A stretch of DNA of 63,265 nucleotides, counting the filler, from Octopus bimaculoides (Eukaryota), in the NCBI RefSeq assembly GCF_001194135.2. It is 10 parts of 9 records of this genome, joined end to end, with 100 filler letters (N's around TTAATTAATTAA, not from the genome) between each part and the next. Parts side by side here need not be neighbours in the genome. Positions count along the whole stretch, not along the records: positions 1 to 11,764 come from NC_068983.1; positions 11,865 to 20,389 come from NC_068989.1; 8 more parts are not named here. One strand, given 5' to 3'. A model generated the notes under the pieces. The model saw only the letters and a list, made by a program, of their open reading frames with translations, was not told where the DNA came from and did not search any database. The position numbers and the translations under genes are program-made. How positions within the stretch are numbered: the first letter of the stretch is position 1; the number at the start of each line of letters is the position of its first letter. Positions 1 to 12,100 of this stretch are shown piece after piece.

Positions 1-775
1 GAGACTGAAGGATTTTTAATTGCTGCACAAGACCAGAGCCTCCCCACCAGAAATTACCAAAAACACATAATGAAAAGAAATATAACAAGTAACTGTAGAA
101 TATGTGGAGATGGACAAGAAACAATAAATCATATTATCTCTGGCTGCCCAGTCCTGGCTAAGAAGGAATATATTCACAGAAACGACAGAGCTGGGACCTA
201 TATACACTGGAAGCTATGCCAACACTATGGAATAACAACAGAAAAAAGATGGTATAAACACACGCCAGAAAAAGTCACAGAAAACGAGAAAGCAACCATA
301 CTCTGGGATATGCCAATACACACAGATAGAGAAATCAAGGCAAATAGACCAGATATAGTTATCAAATATCATGAAAAAAAATGCTTTCTAATTGATGTAT
401 CAATACCAGCAGATGACAACGTTTCTCTAAAAGAAATGGAAAAACTTTCAAAATACAAAGACCTGGAAATAGAGATAACTCGAATGTGGAATCTAAAAAC
501 AGAAACAATTCCTATCATAGCAGGTGCCTTAGGTATAATAAAAAACATTCAGACAAATACATAACAAAGACAGCAGGACTTACAAATATATATAACATAC
601 AGAAAATTGCACTACTGGGTACTGCACACATTCTACGCAAAACACTTTCAATACAGTAAACATAAGAGCACCACAGCAAACCACAGCACATACCCAAGGC
701 CCACACAGCTGCGCTTGGTAGTGAAGTGAAAGCACGTTATAAAAATAAAACTACTGAACAATGATAATAATAATA
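1..775 (+). mobile_element. 3' end of an R4/Dong-clade non-LTR retrotransposon (CCHC zinc knuckle plus restriction-like endonuclease), frameshifted
   Basis: Frame 1 from base 1 reads ETEGFLIAAQDQSLPTRNYQKHIM...CRICGDGQETINHIISGC...RPDIVI...LIDVSIP...KLSKYKDL. After a frameshift near 545 it continues KIALLGTAHILRKTLSIQ* (stop 657-659). A short 3' UTR runs into an (AAT)n tail. Confidence 0.88.
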
Positions 776-806
776 ATAAAAACTAGATAAAGCCAAATTA
801 TTATCA

Positions 807-865
<59 letters not shown>

Positions 866-904
866 GTTGTTGTTGTTGTTGGTGGTGTTGTTGTTGTTGT
901 TGTT

Positions 905-1052
905 GTTATAGACTTCACACAATATACAATATTGTGAGGTTGTTGATTGAAGATATTGTGTCTACTGAGGGTCTCTACTGTTTGTCAAGTCACAACCTAA
1001 CATCAGAGGGAGTTCTTTGCGCAATATGCACGCAGTTCTAAGTAATGCAGAC
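905..1052 (-). mobile_element. Extremely 5'-truncated R4/Dong-type 3' end
   Basis: Minus strand reads SALLRTACILRKEL, homologous to KIALLGTAHILRKTL of the first copy. It ends in an (AAC)n tract. Confidence 0.65.
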
Positions 1053-1495
1053 TTATTATTGCTGGTGTTGTTCTTCTTGTAATCATGTGATGAAAACTCA
1101 CATCTTATTTTGCTAGTTATGATGGAAAGTGTCAACTATCTACAGCCTGCAGACTAAGGTGACACTGTTTTACTGGTCACGCTTCAAGAACCCTCCAAAC
1201 AATTCTTACTTTTCCAAGCAATGTTGATGTTTGTAGGTGTTCTTCCTTCATACTTACATAGGTTTTTTTTATCCATGCTGGTAGTTGAGTGCTGATACTT
1301 CCAAAGTGCATCCATTGCTTTCGGTATCACGTCTACTTCTCTCATTGATCACAAGCTTCGTATTTCTCACTTCAAATCGTCATAGTTGTTAATTTTTTCT
1401 TCTTTCTCTTTGACCCTTCTGTCACCTGGAAATGCTATGTCGATTATCATGCATGCCGTATCTTTTTTATTCACCACAGCAATTTCCGGTTTCCG
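1053..1495 (-). mobile_element. Degenerate R4/Dong-type RLE domain and 3' UTR
   Basis: Minus strand reads RKPEIAVVNKKDTACMIIDIAFPGDRRVKEKEEKINNYDDLK*EIRSL*SMREVDVIP...LLGKVRIVWRVLEA* (stop 1177-1179). The tail AATAATAA lies at about 1053-1060. Confidence 0.8.
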
Positions 1496-1619
1496 ATAAC
1501 TTATTATTAGCATAATCATCATGATCATTATTATTACCAATAATATTAATACGGTTAATTTTTTTGTCCGTACCTATGGTGTGTGTCACACTTACTTTAA
1601 AGAAGTTAGTGGCAAAGCG

Positions 1620-1755
1620 AGAGAGAGGAAGTAATAGAGAGAGAGAGAGAGAGAGGTTGAGAGAGAAAGGGAGAGGTTGAGAGAGAAAGGGAGAGGTTGA
1701 GAGAGAAAGGGAGAGGTTGAGAGAAAAAGAGAGGTTGAGAGAGAAAGAGAGAGGG
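1620..1755. repeat. GA-rich tandem repeat (about 18-nt unit GAGAGAAAGGGAGAGGTT)
   Basis: About 4-5 visible tandem units. Confidence 0.85.
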
Positions 1756-2639
1756 AGTGAAAGAGACTGAAAGACAGTGTGTAGTGACGGCATTCGTTTT
1801 GTTTTTAAATGTTTCCGAGCAGAAGTAAGAGAGAAAGGGAGAGAGAGTGGTGACGGCGTTCATATTGTGTTTTAAATTTTTACCACATCGCAAGAATGTA
1901 GGTACATAGATCCAAAGTAAAGTTGATAATAGATACAGCCACACATTGTTAAATTAAATGTGGGAAAGAGGAGGGACACAGAAGAAGTGAAAAAGAAAGA
2001 CAGAAAACGAGAGAAACAGATGCATAATAGTTATAGATACATAAACACAGCAAATATTTGATGTCACTTTCACTTTTCATTACCACACGAGGATAAAATT
2101 AATTTGCAAGTGGCTGAGTACTCCACAGACATGCATATCTTTAACGTAGTTCTCAGGGAGATTCAGCCTCATACAGAACATGACAAAGCTGGAGAAAGAT
2201 AAACCTTCAAGTAGTTGGAAGAAAACAAGAAAAGATCTTATATAGGAGCAGGAAATCTTGTTAGTCTTTAGGGTCTCTATGGGTGTAATCTGGACCTAAC
2301 AGCGGTATTTGTGGGTCTCAAAGACCAGGAGGCCAAGTCCCCGGATAAACACCGATCCGCAGGCTGTTGTTATCAAACTGAGCGTGAGTCGACGGCGTAT
2401 ACACGACGGAATAGCAATTATTTTGTCTTAGCTTTCACTGCTAATAATAAAGACATGACATTCTTGCCTAATGATGTGGAACATTTTTGCTTGTCTTTCA
2501 CTTAAATAAATGGCACTCCATCGGTCACGACGGCGATGTTCCTGTTTATTTTTTGCAGGCACGTTGAACATTTTCTCTACAAACTACAAACGAGCCCTAT
2601 CTCCCTTCCTTTTTTCTCCATACAAAAACTAATGCAAAC

Positions 2640-2696
<57 letters not shown>

Positions 2697-2697
<1 letters not shown>

Positions 2698-2850
2698 GGC
2701 GATGAGCAGGCAGAATCGTTAGCACTCCAAGCAAAGCTTTCCATCTTCTTGGGGCCGATAAAATAAGTACCAGTTGAACACTGAGATCGATGTAATCGAC
2801 TAAACACCTCCTTCGAAACTGCTGGTTTTATGACAAAATTGAAACCGGTT
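2697..2850 (+). mobile_element. Octopus-type tRNA-derived SINE, internally deleted
   Basis: AAGGCGATGAGCAGGCAGAATCGTTAGCAC head and GATAAAATAAGTACCAGTT...GATGTAATCGAC body, shared with other copies in this window. Confidence 0.7.
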
Positions 2851-3086
2851 GTAGTAGTAGTAGTACCTTATAGAAACGAAAGCAAACACTCAATAGGAAG
2901 TCAACAGAACGCATTTCTGACTGCAATATTTAAAACGTTTTTCTTCCCCCATTTAATCCAGATTTATAGCACGACATAATGAAGTCATGAAAATTTCGTA
3001 TTAATTTGTGTTAAGACGCACACTAAATATACGCATGTAAACAATAGATATATACAGAAGTCGACATGAACATACACGTATATGTA

Positions 3087-3205
<119 letters not shown>

Positions 3206-3499
3206 ATGTATGTATGTATGTATGTATGTATTTATTTATATATATAAAAGGTATTTGTATATATAACGCGACATAGTTGTGGTCTAGTACACAGAGATAG
3301 CAGGGCAACGCCCTAGCAGGATGATGAGAGGGGGTGTAATGCTAAGAGAAGTAAAGCCAAGTGAGGACGAATGACCAGGTAGAAGAAGATAATACTTGAG
3401 AAGTAGCAATTAGCGATGGGGAAGCCAAAACCTGGGAATGAAAGATGACAAATTGAACAATGAGGATAAAATGCAAACAGCAGCAGCGACAACCATGGA

Positions 3500-3538
3500 A
3501 AGTCTGATGAAGGATTATAGATACGAAAGCGCTTACTT
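3500..3538 (+). ncRNA. Minimal type I hammerhead ribozyme motif (PLE-associated)
   Basis: AAGT-CTGATGA-aggattatagatac-GAAA-GCGC-TT-ACTT. The core is intact, stem I is AAGT/ACTT, stem III is palindromic (AAGCGCTT) and stem II is weak. Confidence 0.55.
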
Positions 3539-4489
3539 ATCTTATTAACCCAAGAACTAGCAGCAAACCTATATACAAACCACACACCACCAGTAGGTCC
3601 CCTCTATATATCTATCTCTCTAGTTATATGTCTGTCTATCTATCTATCTCTCAAAAAGCCATTAGACATTTTAGCTTATGTAATTTTGAACTTTTGCACG
3701 TTTGAAAATTTGATAAATTGAAAATATCTATCTCCCTATTTACCAATCTACCCCCCCNNNNNNNNNNNNNNNNNNNNNNNNNNNNNNNNNNNNNNNNNNN
3801 NNNNNNNNNNNNNNNNNNNNNNNNNNNNNNNNNNNNNNNNNNNNNNNNNNNNNNNNNNNNNNNNNNNNNNNNNNNNNNNNNNNNNNNNNNNNNNNNNNNN
3901 NNNNNNNNNNNNNNNNNNNNNNNNNNNNNNNNNNNNNNNNNNNNNNNNNNNNNNNNNNNNNNNNNNNNNNNNNNNNNNNNNNNNNNNNNNNNNNNNNNNN
4001 NNNNNNNNNNNNNNNNNNNNNNNNNNNNNNNNNNNNNNNNNNNNNNNNNNNNNNNNNNNNNNNNNNNNNNNNNNNNNNNNNNNNNNNNNNNNNNNNNNNN
4101 NNNNNNNNNNNNNNNNNNNNNNNNNNNNNNNNNNNNNNNNNNNNNNNNNNNNNNNNNNNNNNNNNNNNNNNNNNNNNNNNNNNNNNNNNNNNNNNNNNNN
4201 NNNNNNNNNNNNNNNNNNNNNNNNNNNNNNNNNNNNNNNNNNNNNNNNNNNNNNNNNNNNNNNNNNNNNNNNNNNNNNNNNNNNNNNNNNNNNNNNNNNN
4301 NNNNNNNNNNNNNNNNNNNNNNNNNNNNNNNNNNNNNNNNNNNNNNNNNNNNNNNNNNNNNNNNNNNNNNNNNNNNNNNNNNNNNNNNNNNNNNNNNNNN
4401 NNNNNNNNNNNNNNNNNNNNNNNNNNNNNNNNNNNNNNNNNNNNNNNNNNNNNNNNNNNNNNNNNNNNNATATATATATATATAGTTGA

Positions 4490-5200
4490 AATTTACTGAA
4501 AAAGAAAAGACGAACACAGGTGTATAAAGAACAAGAAGGCGTAATGGTTTGACGTTCGGAAAGGTGTGAAAGTCTTTCACGTTTCGAGCCGACGTTCTTT
4601 AGCAGGAAGGAACACGATGAAATAAACAGAGAGAGAATAAAAAAAGCTTGTGGTCATGGCAACTAATTGGAAAAAGATAGTTGGGCAGGAGAGGTACGTA
4701 GGTAACAAGAGAGGTAGTAGGTGTCTGATGAAGAGGGGAGGGCAGTTGAGCCTATATGGAGCAAAGGAGCGAAGCGAGAAGATTAGTTCTTGTTCACAGC
4801 AATGTCGTGGCAGGTGCGAGGAGAGAAATCAGAGGCACGGTCCACAGAACGTGTTTTGGCAAGGGTGATGTGTATAGTGGTGGTCGATATCCATGAGTCT
4901 CAAAGTCATGGTTGTCACTGCGGAACCTGTGCAGACGGAGGAATTGGGAGTAAAGGATGGAGAGCTTAGTGTGGGTAGGGTGGGAGGAGGAGAAGTTGAG
5001 GTATGAATGTAAGTCAGTGTGTTTGTAGCGGATGAAGGTACTGAGGGCGAAGTCGTGTATGTTGACCAAACTGTCGAGAAAGGCGATGGAGGAGGAAAGA
5101 TTTGTAATCACGCATGCTTGAAAAACGAGTAGAAACTGGGGAGAGAGAAAGAGAAAGTAACGACGTACGGAGTAGAACACATCAAAAAATTCAAAAGAAC
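4490..5200 (-). mobile_element. Penelope-like element fragment (RT thumb region and degenerate pLTR)
   Basis: ORF 4794-5180 contains FLDSLV...YKHTDLHSYLNFSSSHPTHTKLSILYSQFLRLHRF, a typical PLE RT C-terminus. A degenerate hammerhead-like core lies at 4572-4610. Confidence 0.75.
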
Positions 5201-5336
5201 AAAAAAGAATCGGAAAGAAAACGAGAAGAAAAATGAGAAGACAAAAAGGAAAAGAAAAAGAGAGAGAGACAAAGTAACAAAATACGGAGTAAGAAAAGTT
5301 CAGAATAGTTCAATACATATATATATATATATATTA

Positions 5337-5370
<34 letters not shown>

Positions 5371-5639
5371 NNNNNNNNNNNNNNNNNNNNNNNNNNNNNN
5401 NNNNNNNNNNNNNNNNNNNNNNNNNNNNNNNNNNNNNNNNNNNNNNNNNNNNNNNNNNNNNNNNNNNNNNNNNNNNNNNNNNNNNNNNNNNNNNNNNNNN
5501 NNNNNNNNNNNNNNNNNNNNNNNNNNNNNNNNNNNNNNNNNNNNNNNNNNNNGATAGATAGATAGATAGATAGATAGATAGTTAGATAGATACAGTATCA
5601 GATTACATTTAACTGTCAATTTAAGTTAAATAAGTAAAT

Positions 5640-6400
5640 TGCCTTACACATCCTCAGGGTAAAAAGTAAGAAGTAAACACCAAAAATATAATCTCTAAGT
5701 CTGATTCATATTCAAATTCCTCCTTAAATAAAAGTTCGTCTAAGGGAGAAAATCCTCATAATATTATTAATTATAAACATTCGAGTATTACAAATTATTG
5801 ATTCCTGGTAATAAATTCTAAACCAATGGAAATCTATATTATATTATCTCTAGAAACTGTAGTAAATAAACACACAAACAATTTTATCATTATTGGTAAA
5901 TTATACATTCATATACCCTGCGTTTAAACCTAATGTTATACTATAATACCCGATCATACTGAAATTTATAATTTATTTAAACCAGAAAAACGTATGTCTA
6001 AGATAATGGCTACATCTAAAAGCATCGTATGTTAGTTTATTTATTAACTTACCCTTAGAGAATAATATAAAACGTAATTCTAGATTACATAGCGAGTAAT
6101 ACCTTTTACCTTTGTCATAAGGAAAATGTTTCCCAATAATTGACCATTCTAACGAATATTGCTTTTTTTTGTTCCTTCAGTTTCCAAATGAATTTACTAA
6201 GGCTAGTACTCGCTATTTTACTTCTATCACCAATGGTTAGATATTCTACTACAGGTTTGTCCCGAAGAACACCCCAGGTATAGGCTAACATCTGTCTGAG
6301 TCTTTACCTTACATTGATAAACTACATTCTTCACTCGCACATTTGGGCCTTCAAACTTCAATCTTCTGGGGTTAACCTCTGTTACTGTAATCATAGTACG
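5640..6400 (-). mobile_element. PLE GIY-YIG endonuclease remnant (Naiad-like C-terminus) plus 3' region
   Basis: Across frameshifts the minus strand reads KNVVYQCKVKTQTDVSLYLGCS...STSLSKFIWKLKEQ...YSLEWSIIGKHFPYDKGKRYYSLCNLELRFILFS...RCSHY. Confidence 0.7.
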
Positions 6401-6439
6401 ATTATTATTAGATATATATTTCTTTATTGTTTATCTTTT

Positions 6440-6790
6440 ACGGGTTTCAGCCAGCGGCTGAGGCCATGCTGGTTCATCACCTTTACTGCATCCGGGGAGT
6501 TTTCCAGTATCGTTTCTGCTGAAGTAGCAAGCGGGACGCTGCCGCTCTTCTTTGTGCCTCCTGCTGCGATGTGGGTTCATCCGAGATTGCAGATAAAAAA
6601 AATGTGTATACGTTTTTTGCAAAAATCTATGTCCACACCTCGCAGATCCCTGATATTCTGTGGTATGGCATTAAAGAGCTGTGGTCCATTAAATCCAAAT
6701 TTACTACAATATTGAGTTCGTATCCTCGATGGAGAAGATCTGATCTTTGGTACTCTGCAGTCCGTCGAGTTCAGGGATTGTTGTAACTTA
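6440..6790 (-). mobile_element. CR1/L2-group LINE 3' end
   Basis: Minus strand reads CRVPKIRSS...FGFNGPQLFNAIPQNIRDL...FLSAISDEPT, followed by a 3' tail ending CCAGCATGGCCTCAGCC...AAAAGATAA. Confidence 0.7.
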
Positions 6791-6829
6791 CCATTCCGAA
6801 GTTTGGAGCTAGACCCTCCATTACTTTCC

Positions 6830-6863
<34 letters not shown>

Positions 6864-7091
6864 CACTGCATATCTCTCACGTCTCATCTCTGAAGGAGTA
6901 GAGTTCCAGTTCCTTTAACCTCTTCCAGAAGCCCATGTGTTTTACTAAGTCTATCATATATATACACATGTATATTTAGGCAAACGAATACACGAATACA
7001 CACATACAAATATATTATGCTTTATAAATATATGCATTTATCTAAATACTCATATACATATGCATATATATGTGTAGAATGAGATAGATAT

Positions 7092-7172
<81 letters not shown>

Positions 7173-7473
7173 ACTAATTTGCATTTAAAACATTTTTATA
7201 TTAGTGACTGTGGGTTTTTGTATTTATTTGCAAATGTGCCATTCCCACATCAACATCGCATTGTACCCAGGAGCGTGTTATTGTTTCGGCTATGTGCCAG
7301 TAATAGCTCATATCTCCCTGTGAATCCTAGACTGAATCTATCAATCATCCGTATTTCAAACTGGACGAACGCCATAACTAAACACTGGAATTAAAACGTC
7401 TAAACGTGCACATGCGTACGTAGAACCACATACATATATATGTGTGTGTGTGTATATATATATGTATGTATGT

Positions 7474-7542
<69 letters not shown>

Positions 7543-8199
7543 TGTGTATGCGTGTTTGTATTTGTGTCAGAGGAGTAGTGGAGGAACTTAATTGTGAGTA
7601 GGTTAATTTATTCAAACATACTAAAATGTTTATTTAATTCTACATTCGAAGCGTTAGGTAGAGTGCTAAAAGAAACTTTAAGTGTCGTTAGTCATTATTG
7701 AAATATTTGTAGAAACCAGCAATTTAGAAAGTGACAACTTTTTCAACGATCTTTTGAAAGCTCTCGGCCAGAAGTTTTCAAGTTTATCAAATTTAAAAGA
7801 AAATTCTGAACGTTTGTTACAATATATGGACATCGCAATTCATACTACGGTTTCAAGTCACTAACAATGATTATCTCAGAAAGTCAAAGATGATCATCCG
7901 GTGTCTGAGTGGGCTATCATAATTGTGTAGTACCCAGACATTAGAAACAAATTGTATAGACTGAGGAGAGAACAGTATATGCCTACAAAAGTATTTGTGT
8001 CAAATTGTTACCAAACAAGATTAATACCCTCACGGACTCGACATGGCTTGGGCCTTCTCTGATGACAAAATCTCAAGTACGATCGAATGTCTAACATTCA
8101 AAATGATAAATGGTTTTACGTAGATTCGTGGATGTCCTCGGTGTGACGCATACTATTTCCGGTTTTAGGTAACGATGATAATTTTAAGAGTAGTGTTGT

Positions 8200-8640
8200 A
8201 AATGTCATGTTAAATCAGATTTTTCACGTGGGTCAGAATTGCACCTGCTGCTTATGTTACGATGTAATAAGCTCTGAATGCATCAATTATGCAGTAGTCG
8301 GAAATGTCTGTTTGAAGAAGACTCTTCACAATACTTATCTAACCTAAGAATGGGTATCAGATATACTTTATGATCATGTAACACTAAAGTCGTCAGATTT
8401 AAATCTTATGGATTACTCTATTTGTACAATTGTTTTCGAGAACTGAATCGATGGAATTCGTAGCTTAGAACCGGTGACTTCATTGAAGGCTAACACTAGA
8501 ACACGTTGCTTCCTAGAACCAATGATATCATTGAAGGCTAGCACTTTCTAAGTGATGATAGAAAATAAGAACAGCCATTTAACTGGCGTATGCCAAGAAT
8601 TCCTATCCCGCATTGAAGTAGTCATCAAAGGATTCATATA
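8200..8640 (+). mobile_element. Possible highly decayed Tc1/mariner-family transposase C-terminus
   Basis: KSSDLNLMDYSIC resembles the SPDLNPMDYSIW motif, and CQEFLSRIEVVIK resembles the typical terminus. Confidence 0.35.
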
Positions 8641-9149
8641 GTATTCCTAAAAGAAAGCATACCGAGTGCTCGTGAACAGATTCTTCTTAATCTTTTTTCT
8701 TTTTGTTGGATTACACTTNNNNNNNNNNNNNNNNNNNNNNNNNNNNNNNNNNNNNNNNNNNNNNNNNNNNNNNNNNNNNNNNNNNNNNNNNNNNNNNNNN
8801 NNNNNNNNNNNNNNNNNNAGAAATTTAATGAAATTACATTTAAACAGAAGGACATATTTTTATAACTATATCTAAACTCTCCAGCTAGAAAGGAAGAATA
8901 AAAAAACATACAGGCTACTAAATAATTCTAAGTAGATTTTTAACTGTCACTGATTTTATTTGTTTCTCTTTTTTCTGATTTATGGACTAGTGATTCAAAG
9001 CTTAAGAGAACACTGGTATTTTCTTTGTAGGGGAAGGGGTAAACAGTATAGGCAATAAACATGCATGCTATTGTTATAACATTTCTTAGGATTTGATGAC
9101 AAACTACTATGGCGAGGTTCACTACTAGGAGACCAATTTATAATGGAAC

Positions 9150-10130
9150 AGAGGAAGTGTTATCACAAGGCACCTAAGTCAAACATATATGAAATAAAGT
9201 TGCTATATTGTATACAGATACAGTAAATGGATATTTATAGTTTCATTAATCAGAATAAGATATTGGTATTATATTACATATGCTAAGTTTGAAATACTCG
9301 AGATACCAATATTAATATGTAAATATTAATACTTAATTAATATGTAAATAAATAAAGGCTAATTATAAATTAATAATGAAATAATAGAATAGTGTATAAT
9401 AATGTAAATAATCAATTAAGGCAGTATACAAAGACAATGAGGTGGTATTAATTTAAAATGCTATGGTAAAGTACATTTAGACTTATTTACACCAATATAA
9501 AGACCAATAGTTAAGATGTGAAATTAAATTTTTTATATATATTGGACTAAAGTTTTAAAATTAAACTTATATATCTAATATCATTTAAAGGACACATAAG
9601 AGATACATTTATTATATAGTTAATATAAAGAATTGATACATAAGATTTACATGGTATATAATGATGGACTCATCAAGGTTTAAGAAACTGATAAAATGAA
9701 CGATTGGAATTAACATAGAATATAATGGTGAACTAAACTATTAATAGTGAACATGATAATTATGTACTAATACAATTAGATTGTACTATCTTAAATTATC
9801 AGGAACTGGTATTAACCAACATAGGCTAAGTACAAAATAATAATGGAACAAGGATTAGATTTATTTAAGTCAACCATAAGATAACAATGATAATACTACA
9901 ACAATGGAATAACATGAATCATTTAGGGTCAGGCATCATATAAAATTTTAAAAGGTTTAAAAGATATTAACAAACTATTGAAAATTTCCAACATCTTGTT
10001 CATTAAAGTTAAGTAAAGTATACACTAAACTAACAGCAATAGCAAATGTGATATGGAAAAAAATTAGGTAAAACCATATACCATCAATGGATAAAGTTAA
10101 AATTTTAGTTTTGACTGGAAGATTATACAT
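9150..10130 (+). mobile_element. Possible very decayed, AT-enriched LINE RT/C-terminal remnant
   Basis: Traces such as AVYKDNEVV (about 9421), ASYKILKGLKDI (about 9933) and ANVIWKKI (about 10042) resemble CR1/L2 motifs. There are many stops. Confidence 0.3.
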
Positions 10131-10891
10131 TTAGGTGAGAGATCAAAAATTTGCTATAAAAGTTTAATTTCAATTTAAATATGTGATTTAGTCATCACAA
10201 TAAATAAGAGTTAAAGAAAATATTTAATATATCCAATGTCTAAAACTAAAATTATTCAAATTTACTTGATTAGCCTATCTCTATAGTATCTACAATCCAA
10301 TCTACACTAAGGGAAAGTTAATTTTATAGCTTGTGTTTTTAAGGATGAAGTGAAGATACCCAAATTTGTATATTATAAGGATAGATTTATAGGGGTGCCA
10401 AAAATTAGGTATGTCTGGAGGTAATTACGAGGTATAAAATTAGGTATGTCTGGAGGTAATTACGAGATATTAAATGGAAAAAAAGGTTATANNNNNNNNN
10501 NNNNNNNNNNNNNNNNNNNNNNNNNNNNNNNNNNNNNNNNNNNNNNNNNNNNNNNNNNNNNNNNNNNNNNNNNNNNNNNNNNNNNNNNNNNNNNNNNNNN
10601 NNNNNNNNNNNNNNNNNNNNNNNNNNNNNNNNNNNNNNNNNNNNNNNNNNNNNNNNNNNNNNNNNNNNNNNNNNNNNNNNNNNNNNNNNNNNNNNNNNNN
10701 NNNNNNNNNNNNNNNNNNNNNNNNNNNNNNNNNNNNNNNNNNNNNNNNNNNNNNNNNNNNNNNNNNNNNNNNNNNNNNNNNNNNNNNNNNNNNNNNNNNN
10801 NNNNNNNNNNNNNNNNNNNNNNNNNNNNNNNNNNNNNNNNNNNNNNNNNNNNNNNNNNNNNNNNNNNNNNNNNNNNNNNNNNNNNNNNNAA

Positions 10892-11764
10892 CATATTATA
10901 GTCATATGCAATGCATATTGCCCACCGGATGCTCCAAACCACACAGGCAAATTTGAAGATTGCCTCACTAGAATTAAAGAAATCCTCATGAAACTGGGAC
11001 ACCATGTGACCATATTTCTTATGGGTGATTTCAACTTCCCCAACGTCAAATGGCCCGAAGGTCTCATACTCTCAGGAATGACTTATCGCAAGCAAACACA
11101 GGTGGAATGCCTGCTCAACCTCACCAATGCCCTATTCATGGAGCAAACTGTTCTCAGACCAACTAGAGCGAATAACATTCTAGATCTCTGCTTCGCGAAC
11201 AATACGGACATCATTCATGATCTGAAAGTGACGCCGACATTAGTTTCGGATCACAACATAATAGAGCAGTCTATGTTTGGGCCAAAAGAAAACAGAGACA
11301 TACAGCCTAAAGGAAGGACCCAAAATCTCTCCAATCTGAACTTCCACAAAGCGGACTGGAAATCAATTCAGAAAGAGATCCTCAGAGAGGATTGGCCAAA
11401 ATGTCTCTCCACACCAGACATTGACATGAAACTAGTATGTTTCATGTCTATAGTGCAAGCCATAAGCCAGAAATATGTCCCAGAGCACAAGGCCAAGACA
11501 AATAGGAACAAGATTCCAAGGGAGAGGAAGATCCTCATGAGACGAAGCACAAAAGTTGCAAATCGACTCAACCAGCATCCCAAGAATGGCCAAAGGTCCC
11601 GCCTAAAAACGACACTGATGGAGATCGAAGAAAGGCTGCAACAATCCTATGTGAAGGAGAGAGCAGACAAAGAAGCCTGGGTTATAAAAAACATTAAGTC
11701 AAACCCAAAGGCCTTCTTTCATTACGCAAAAGAAACAGCCTCAGTTCAACTAAGATCAGTGAGG
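10892..11764 (+). mobile_element. LINE ORF2 AP-endonuclease domain (CR1/L2 group), bounded by gaps
   Basis: Open frame HIIVICNAYCPPD...IFLMGDFNFPNVKW...PTRANNILDLCF...SDHNII...NFHKADW...IKSNPKAFFHY. Confidence 0.9.
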
Positions 11765-11865
11765 NNNNNNNNNNNNNNNNNNNNNNNNNNNNNNNNNNNN
11801 NNNNNNNNTTAATTAATTAANNNNNNNNNNNNNNNNNNNNNNNNNNNNNNNNNNNNNNNNNNNNA

Positions 11866-12100
11866 TTTATCGATCCCGAAAGGATGAAAAGCAAAGACGA
11901 CCTCGGCGGAATTGGAACTCAGAACATAAAGACAAACGAAATACCGTTAAGCTTTTCGCCCGGCTTGCTAACGATTCTGCCAGCTCGCCGCCTTAAAGCA
12001 AAGTCGACCTCGGCGGAATTTGAACTCAGAAAGTAAAGACAGGCGAAATACCGCTAAGCATTTCGCCCGGCGTGCTAATGATTCTGCCAGCTCACCGACT
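11866..12100 (-). mobile_element. Tandem pair of tRNA-derived SINE heads
   Basis: AAAGCAAAG(A/T)CGACCTCGGCGGAATT(G/T)GAACTCAGAA...GATTCTGCCAGCTC occurs twice, head to tail. Confidence 0.85.

Noticed and set aside
5620-6300. AT-rich block initially resembling a mitochondrial insertion
   Set aside because: The minus strand translates to a PLE GIY-YIG C-terminus, and no mitochondrial gene motifs were found.
8467-8550. Imperfect duplication of about 45 bp (TAGAACC..TGA..TCATTGAAGGCTA.CACT)
   Set aside because: A local slippage duplication inside a decayed transposon, with no sign of function.
11809-11820. TTAATTAATTAA embedded in N runs, recurring near 20434, 33690, 38596, 42165, 51143, 54420, 57247 and 60384
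   Set aside because: It always sits inside gaps and has stops in all six frames, so it is an assembler gap spacer, not biology.
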